Assembly (NCBI GenBank): GCA_002069765.1
Contig: MWBZ01000012.1
Coordinates: forward strand, 8,436 to 72,435
Direction: 5' to 3'
Source: a bacterium ADurb.Bin243
GTDB taxonomy: Bacteria; Muiribacteriota; UBA9980
DNA length: 64,000 bases
Each line of letters opens with the position of its first letter. The stretch's first letter is position 1. Positions 58,356 through 64,000 of this stretch are shown here, one piece after another. A program made the position numbers and the translations under genes. The notes beneath the pieces were generated by a model. That model did not search any database. It was not told the origin of the DNA and saw only the letters and a list, made by a program, of their open reading frames with translations.

Positions 58356-59408
58356 ATGAAATTTTCAAACAATCTAATTTTAAAATCTAATTCAATCACC
58401 GCGCGCTCCGGCGTCCATGCCGAAAATATGGAAGCGCTGGCGCGCGGCTTGAATTTCTGGGTTGACGCTCCGTTGAATATCGACCGCTTTACGCTGGACA
58501 GGCACGGAAAAATATCCGACTCCTTAACGGCGGAGCTTCTGGACTCTTTCGACATCAAACCAAAAAACAAGAAGTATTTCGAACGCTCTTCGACGCTTCT
58601 TTTCAGCGTAATAAAAGACTACGGGCCGTTGCTCAAAAGCATAGACGGCTCGGAAGTCGGGCTCTATTGCGGCGTCGGGCCTGCCAACGCGCGCATAGAC
58701 GATTTCAGGGAATGGGCCGCCGGCATCGAAGGCGCCGATGAATTTTATCCGTCTATGATGGCGAGTTCGGTTATAAAGCTTCTGCCGAATATCGTGATGT
58801 CCAACCTTTCTATCAACACCGGCTGGCGGGGAGAAAACGCTATTTTCTCCTCCTGCGCCTCCGCTTTCTTCGACGCTTTAAATTCGCTTCTCACCGCCTT
58901 TGAAAACGGCTCTTCACGGATCGCCGCCGCCGGTTCGGTTTCCGCCCCTTTCGAATACTTCAATATGGATTCATACAGCCGGTTTTTCGGCGCCGATTTT
59001 TTCGATCCGCCATTATGCGAAACCGCTTCGTCGATGCTTTTATGCACTCCCGATTTTTACGCCGGGCGCCTTGAAAATACAGGTATGGAGCCCGAAGGCC
59101 GCATCCTTTCGATCGATTCTTATAAAACTCCAGAAGGACTTTTTAAACGCTCCGATATCAAGAATTTTGAAAAACTGGCGCGAGATTTTTTAGAATCTGA
59201 AAATTACGATTTTACCGATACGCTTTATTTTAAAACGCACCCCGCCGCCTGCGGTAATTTTTTGACAGGCGGCGAGCCCGTTAACGTTATGAGCCTTGTT
59301 TATTCGCTGAACGCCGCCGGCGAAAAGGGCTTCGCCGTTAGCGTAAATATCGATTACTTCGGCAACCTTCACGCCGTAAAAGCCGGCGGCCGGGCTTCGC
59401 AGAAATAA
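58356..59408 (+). CDS. Beta-ketoacyl synthase-like protein, short/divergent (possible KS partner or chain-length-factor-like)
   Basis: 350 aa; region PNIVMSNLSINTGWRGENAIFSSCASAFFDALNSLLTAFENGSSRIAAAGSVSAPFE aligns by eye to the KS active-site segment (PNM-AG-VS---GL-GP--T--TACSSS--AI--A---I--G--D--LAGG-E) with the nucleophile Cys retained; the C-terminal His-His region is not evident. Confidence 0.45.
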   Translation: MKFSNNLILKSNSITARSGVHAENMEALARGLNFWVDAPLNIDRFTLDRHGKISDSLTAELLDSFDIKPKNKKYFERSSTLLFSVIKDYGPLLKSIDGSEVGLYCGVGPANARIDDFREWAAGIEGADEFYPSMMASSVIKLLPNIVMSNLSINTGWRGENAIFSSCASAFFDALNSLLTAFENGSSRIAAAGSVSAPFEYFNMDSYSRFFGADFFDPPLCETASSMLLCTPDFYAGRLENTGMEPEGRILSIDSYKTPEGLFKRSDIKNFEKLARDFLESENYDFTDTLYFKTHPAACGNFLTGGEPVNVMSLVYSLNAAGEKGFAVSVNIDYFGNLHAVKAGGRASQK

Positions 59409-59440
59409 TCCCGGCGGCGCGCCGGACACGAGGAAAAAAC

Positions 59441-60886
59441 ATGCCGGTTTCAAAAGTTTTTAATAAGATAGACAGAATAGCTCTTATAGAGCCGGCCGTT
59501 CGCTGCGAATGCCTTACCAGCGATATATTCGCTCAGATCAGGGCATCTCTGCCGTTTCTCGCCGGGGCGCTTTCTGCCGCGGGATACGGCTGCGAGATTT
59601 ACTGCGAAGAACTTATCGAATTACAGCCGCATATACCCAAAATAGCTTCTTCTTTTCCGGCCGCCGGAATATCGCTTACCATAAACACCGTCCGGAGGGC
59701 CATCGAAATAGCGCTAAGCCTGAAAAAATACAATCCTGAAATAATAATCATTTTCGGCGGATCCCTCGCGGGCAGCTTCGCCGGCGAAGTTTTAGCGGCG
59801 GGCGATTACTGCCTCAACGGGCGCGCCGAAACCGCCCTTCCAATGCTTTTGAACTCGCTGAACTCAGGCGCGGATATCGGCGATGTCCCAAATTTAATCC
59901 GCATATCGGAAGGCAAAATATTCAAAAACAATGTGCCCTCGCCTGCGGCCGATTTTAAATCGGATTATTCCGGCGTGCTTAATTTCGGAAATTTTTCAGA
60001 GAAGCGCAATATTTTAAACTTTTATAAACCTCCGCTTTATTCGGTTTTCTCTTCGACGGGGTGCGTAAACAATTGCCGTTTCTGCGTCAGCGAAAAAAAA
60101 TATATCAAACGCGAACCGGAAAACGTCATATCCGACTTTAAAAATATTATTCTCAGGCACAAAGGGTATCTTCCGCCACGCTTTATGCTGGTGGACGACT
60201 GCGCTTTCGGCGACATGGGTTACCTTAAAAATCTTCTTGCGCGTCTCGCATTTTTAAGAAAAAAAAGTAATTTTTCGCTCATGATGCAGTTTCACGTACA
60301 TCCTCTTTTAAAAGATCCGCAGCTCCCCGAACTTTTTAACGAAGCCGGAGTAACGACGCTTCTCATGGGCTTTGAATCAGCTTCCGACGTTTCTCTTAGC
60401 GGCGAACGCAAAGGTACGACAGTAAGCGAAAATATAAAAGCCATCGAAATCTGTAGAAAACACGGCATTACGCCTTACGGTTATTTCGTCGCCGGCTTCG
60501 ATTCCGATTCCATCGAAAGCGTTAAAGAAATTTTCGACTTCATTATACGGTACTCGCTGGCGGCGCAGGTACTTCCGGTAGGAGTTATGAAAAATTCCGC
60601 CGCCGCCCCGAAAACAGACGGCCATGAAACGCTCGATCCTTATTCTTTCGGCGCCTCCATGAAAGTCTCGCATATTCCCCAAAATATGCAGCCGTACAGG
60701 CTTCAGGAAATTTTAATCGAGGGTTACGACCGGATTTATTCTTTAAAGCGAACGGCATTAATGAAGACTTTCCGGGAAACGGTTTACAATCTTTTTTTCA
60801 GCCTTTGCTATCGCAAATGGCGTCCCGGACTTCAAAAACATCTTAATTACCTGCGCCTTCTCGAACGTTTTTCAAAGCGGTCTTAA
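59441..60886 (+). CDS. Radical SAM protein with N-terminal B12-binding-like domain
   Basis: Motif GCVNNCRFCVSE; N-terminal region IALIEPAV...LTINTV resembles the Rossmann-like cobalamin-binding domain. Confidence 0.6.
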   Translation: MPVSKVFNKIDRIALIEPAVRCECLTSDIFAQIRASLPFLAGALSAAGYGCEIYCEELIELQPHIPKIASSFPAAGISLTINTVRRAIEIALSLKKYNPEIIIIFGGSLAGSFAGEVLAAGDYCLNGRAETALPMLLNSLNSGADIGDVPNLIRISEGKIFKNNVPSPAADFKSDYSGVLNFGNFSEKRNILNFYKPPLYSVFSSTGCVNNCRFCVSEKKYIKREPENVISDFKNIILRHKGYLPPRFMLVDDCAFGDMGYLKNLLARLAFLRKKSNFSLMMQFHVHPLLKDPQLPELFNEAGVTTLLMGFESASDVSLSGERKGTTVSENIKAIEICRKHGITPYGYFVAGFDSDSIESVKEIFDFIIRYSLAAQVLPVGVMKNSAAAPKTDGHETLDPYSFGASMKVSHIPQNMQPYRLQEILIEGYDRIYSLKRTALMKTFRETVYNLFFSLCYRKWRPGLQKHLNYLRLLERFSKRS

Positions 60887-60915
60887 GCATTTTTCCAATT
60901 ATTTCTTTTTCTCAA

Positions 60916-60944
60916 TTGACAACCGGCATTTATTTATATATAAT
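60916..60944 (+). promoter_or_regulatory. Consensus sigma70 promoter TTGACA-N17-TATAAT
   Basis: Exact TTGACA at 60916-60921, 17-nt spacer, exact TATAAT at 60939-60944; AGGAGGG Shine-Dalgarno at about 60988 and ATG at 60999. Confidence 0.6.
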
Positions 60945-60998
60945 TAAACCGATTAATTTAAAATATATTAAATAATCACAAAATAACAGGAGGGCTTT

Positions 60999-62129
60999 AT
61001 GGTAAAAAAATCGTTCCACGCAATGTTATGCTCGCTATTAATGGTTTTTATCTGCCTTGTCCCGGCTTTCGCCGCTAACGATGCGGCTCCGGTTTCCGAA
61101 GATAAAGTGTTATTTTTCGTCAATAATCCGGCCGAGATTTCATTCGTTGAAATGGGCAAAATAATGTCATACGTTGAAAATTACTATCGCAACGTAGGCC
61201 TCATAAACAGCCAGGACGTAGAGAAATTCTTCCAGGCTCTCAGAAACCACGGCGCGCCCAACGCCGGCAGTTCAAAAGCATATGTGGCCCTGGTTATCCA
61301 GGACGCCTCGCATCCCGACAATACTTCTTATTCGCCCTGCGGAGTGCTGGCCGTTCGCGGACAGTTCGACAAAGCCAAAGTTATCGACATCCTCAAACGC
61401 CATTATGCCGAACATACCGCTAAAACTTCACACGAAAACCATTTCGCAGAAACCAAAAGCGGCGACGTAACCGTCCACCGTTTCGCGCTTCCCGAAAAAG
61501 ACCGCGAACTCACGATAATCAGCTTCGGCGAATATTGCCTTTTTTCGTCGGCCAAAATCGGCGACACCAGGCTTTTAAAAGAAACCGCAAAATATCTCCA
61601 GGACAAAAGCTTCAAAGCGAATTTAAACTCCGAAACCAACGTCCGCTTTCTCGTAAAAGCCGACGACATGGATAAACAGAAGCTCAATAAAATTATAAAC
61701 GACAAATACGAAGACCTGAAGCAGAACAAAGTCCTTTTAAAAAGAAAAGGGCTCAAAGGCTTTTTCACCAGACGTTTCGCCGATCATAAGGTAAAATTCA
61801 TAAACAACGCGATCAGCGAATTAAACGACGTAGATTTTACCGTTTACAGAATGAGAAACGAAAACGCCAACATGAAAAGAGTTTCGGTCGTTTCAACGTT
61901 CGCAAACGAAGACACGGCGCGCAAAGTTAAAAAGAACATATTAAACCATCTTAACGACGCGATAAAAGGCGCATCTCATCCCGAAGACAAACTCGGGCTT
62001 TCAAACGTAAAAATAATAGCCGACGGCAACAAATGCTCCATAGAAACCGAGCTTGGAACCGAAGACGAGCAGCTGCAGTGCTTCGCCCTTATTTCCTCAT
62101 ATGTAGCAAGATCTATTATCAGAAAGTAA
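60999..62129 (+). CDS. Secreted hypothetical protein (signal peptide, no recognised domain)
   Basis: 376 aa; N-terminal signal peptide MVKKSFHAMLCSLLMVFICLVPAFAAND; driven by a consensus promoter. Confidence 0.5.
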   Translation: MVKKSFHAMLCSLLMVFICLVPAFAANDAAPVSEDKVLFFVNNPAEISFVEMGKIMSYVENYYRNVGLINSQDVEKFFQALRNHGAPNAGSSKAYVALVIQDASHPDNTSYSPCGVLAVRGQFDKAKVIDILKRHYAEHTAKTSHENHFAETKSGDVTVHRFALPEKDRELTIISFGEYCLFSSAKIGDTRLLKETAKYLQDKSFKANLNSETNVRFLVKADDMDKQKLNKIINDKYEDLKQNKVLLKRKGLKGFFTRRFADHKVKFINNAISELNDVDFTVYRMRNENANMKRVSVVSTFANEDTARKVKKNILNHLNDAIKGASHPEDKLGLSNVKIIADGNKCSIETELGTEDEQLQCFALISSYVARSIIRK

Positions 62130-62199
62130 TTTAAACCTGATTCAATAAACGGCGCCGCATGCGCGTTTTCTATTACGGGCGGCGGCGCCTGATAAAAAA

Positions 62200-62682
62200 A
62201 TGAGATTTTATTTCGTAGACAAAATTACAGAATTTAAAAAGGGCTCCTCGATAGCCGGAATCAAAAACGTATCGATGACGGAGCCCTTTTTTACTTTTCA
62301 TTTTCAGCGCTATCCGGTCATGCCGGGCGTCCTGATTATAGAATCGCTTGCGCAGCTCGCCGGGCTCATGATCGAAATGTCCTTCGAGCCCGGCTGCTAT
62401 AAAAAAGCCATTTTATCCATCGTAGATAAAACCAAAATCAAATTCATGGCCCGCCCCGGCGACAGGATAGACATGAAAGCCTCGCTCGAAAGCCTTTCCG
62501 AAAAGGGCGCGGTATGCGAAACTTCCGCTGCCGTCGACGGCAGGCTTCTCACCGAAACCCGCCTTACCTTCGCGCTCATGGACGCCGGGGGCGTTTACGA
62601 CAAATATTTAGAGGACGAGCGGCTGGCTTTGATCGACACATTGATGCGCGATTTCAATTCGCGCGGCGAAAAGCGCGAATAA
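62200..62682 (+). CDS. FabZ/FabA-like 3-hydroxyacyl-ACP dehydratase (hotdog fold)
   Basis: 160 aa; FxxHFxxxPVMPGVLIIESLAQ catalytic His motif characteristic of FabZ. Confidence 0.75.
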   Translation: MRFYFVDKITEFKKGSSIAGIKNVSMTEPFFTFHFQRYPVMPGVLIIESLAQLAGLMIEMSFEPGCYKKAILSIVDKTKIKFMARPGDRIDMKASLESLSEKGAVCETSAAVDGRLLTETRLTFALMDAGGVYDKYLEDERLALIDTLMRDFNSRGEKRE

Positions 62683-62740
62683 GTTTTATATAATTTTTTC
62701 ATCATCATAAGAATACGCGCGGTTATTTCGAGGAAAGTTA

Positions 62741-63307
62741 ATGATAAAAACCGTCTTCGACGAAAAGCTAAATTTATTAAATGAAATTCCCGCCGGGGCA
62801 TCGATAGGCATAATCGCATGCGCCGACTGCGCCGCAGCATTTAAAACGGCCGATACCAGGCGTATCGAACAGGTAAAAAAAATTTTTGGCGGCCGCAACG
62901 AAACGCTGTTCACTCTTTCCGTAAATTCACCCTGCGACCGCAGGGTGCTGGCTCAATTCGCGGCCGCGGTAAGAGGCTTCGATAAAGCCGATTGCTATAT
63001 AATACTCGCATGCGAAGCCGGCAGGCGGTCGGCGGCCGAATATATAGCGCAGCGAAGAAAAAGCGGCGAAGACTTCAAAATAATATCGCCCGTTAAAACG
63101 GTTTCATACGTTTCGTTAGACTGCTCCGGCGTTTCCCATGAAGCGTGCGTGTTTTGCGGCGAGTGCGTCCGCTCTTCGTCCGCCGCGGCGGCATGCCCGG
63201 TGGCGGCATGCCCGATAAACAAGAAAGACGGGCCGTGCCAGAGCCGCGCGAACGATTTCTGCGTCATAGAAGGCTTCGAGTCAAGGCGGTGCTCATGGCT
63301 TTATTAA
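62741..63307 (+). CDS. MetV-like Cys-rich protein (MTHFR C-terminal-like domain with CPxxxxDGPC motif)
   Basis: 188 aa with 17 Cys; motif ACPINKKDGPCQ resembles the CPKxxxNGPCGG signature of the small subunit paired with MetF in acetogens. This is a low-certainty call. Confidence 0.35.
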   Translation: MIKTVFDEKLNLLNEIPAGASIGIIACADCAAAFKTADTRRIEQVKKIFGGRNETLFTLSVNSPCDRRVLAQFAAAVRGFDKADCYIILACEAGRRSAAEYIAQRRKSGEDFKIISPVKTVSYVSLDCSGVSHEACVFCGECVRSSSAAAACPVAACPINKKDGPCQSRANDFCVIEGFESRRCSWLY

Positions 63308-63924
63308 ATTTTCCGGCTATTATAATCAAAACGCCTTTAAAATTAATGGATATAAAGTTTCTGGCTTCTTTAATAAATAAGTGCGGCGCCGCCACGGTTT
63401 TTTTAAACGGCGCCGGCGGCCTTAACTCTTTTATCGTAAAAAACGCCCTCGACTGCGAATTAAAGCGCGGCCTCGATTACGGCCTGATTATAGATTTTCG
63501 CGGCAGAAGCGAATCCGCGCTCGATTCAGACGTCATAAGCGCGGCTGAAATGAATTTTAAGTTTATCTTTCTTGATGAACCGGGCCCTAAAAGCAAGCCG
63601 GCTCTCTGCGGCATTTCAAGTTACGGCTTCATAAGCGGCATCAAAAAAAAGTACGCGGCTAAATTTAAAATAATAGTGCAAAACTGTTTTTTGCATAAAA
63701 ACGACGAAGAGCTGCTGGCTATGCAGTTAGAAAGCGGCGCCGATCTCGCCGCGGTCCGGCCGGGCCCGGCCCGCCCCGAATTCCTCGCCAAGTATAAAGA
63801 CCGTGCAGCGTTTTTAAAAAGCTTGACGGCAGCAGAGCTCGACGGACCGGGTTTTCGCGGATGCGAAACCGGGGCGCTCTACGAACTCGACTATTCGTCC
63901 GCCGCGCAGGAAGGCTTGATTTAA
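63295..63924 (+). CDS. Hypothetical protein, possibly a short methylenetetrahydrofolate reductase-like (MetF-like) protein
   Basis: 209 aa from the ATG at 63295 (AAGGCGG ribosome-binding site 6 nt upstream), overlapping the MetV-like gene by 13 nt; weak resemblance (VFLNGAGG) to MetF and genomic pairing with the MetV-like gene. Confidence 0.25.
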   Translation: MALLNFPAIIIKTPLKLMDIKFLASLINKCGAATVFLNGAGGLNSFIVKNALDCELKRGLDYGLIIDFRGRSESALDSDVISAAEMNFKFIFLDEPGPKSKPALCGISSYGFISGIKKKYAAKFKIIVQNCFLHKNDEELLAMQLESGADLAAVRPGPARPEFLAKYKDRAAFLKSLTAAELDGPGFRGCETGALYELDYSSAAQEGLI

Positions 63925-64000
63925 TTGAAGAGCGCGGCCGAAGATTTTTTCACCATCCATGCGGGCAGGCGCCTGGTTTTATCCGCGGCGGGGGCCGCGG

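Noticed and set aside
1-64000. CRISPR arrays, rRNA or tRNA genes, insertion sequences or integrases
   Set aside because: No repeat-spacer periodicity, no rRNA or tRNA signatures in any intergenic region over 60 nt, and no transposase or integrase ORFs were seen. The only mobile-type element is the protein-level intein.

Overview
This is a densely coded bacterial window with about 52 intact genes on both strands. No rRNA or tRNA genes, CRISPR arrays, transposases or integrases were recognised. The organism cannot be named from the sequence; gene content suggests a free-living, possibly uncultivated lineage. In order, the window holds recR (partial), ybaB, a stand-alone hutI, a phosphofructokinase, a hybrid sensor kinase with a solute-binding protein, and then an operon of four tandem paralogous cobalamin-type radical SAM genes ending in a polytopic membrane protein. 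Next comes a type IV pilus / type II secretion-like locus: four paralogous pseudopilins, PilM/N/O-like genes, a PilB/GspE ATPase and a PilC/GspF platform gene, with a 1007-aa GAF-PAS hybrid kinase sitting inside the pilin genes. Housekeeping and accessory genes follow: a methyltransferase, an esterase, ElbB, a CCA-adding enzyme, an ankyrin protein, FabK, an HD hydrolase, an orphan second GspF next to an FHA-GAF-adenylate cyclase, a 1337-aa modular surface lipoprotein, GlgX, a CheY-CheX pair and QueE. After these sits a PcrA/UvrD helicase interrupted in motif III by a 356-aa intein, then RelA/SpoT and a POT peptide transporter. The window ends with a divergently organised cluster (52.1-63.9 kb) combining two TRAM-less MiaB-like radical SAM genes, a FabF-like and a second KS-like protein, a FabZ-like dehydratase, another cobalamin-type radical SAM gene and a MetV/MetF-like pair. 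The most interesting candidates for something undescribed are the four-gene radical SAM operon, this terminal fatty-acyl tailoring cluster, and the intein-bearing helicase.
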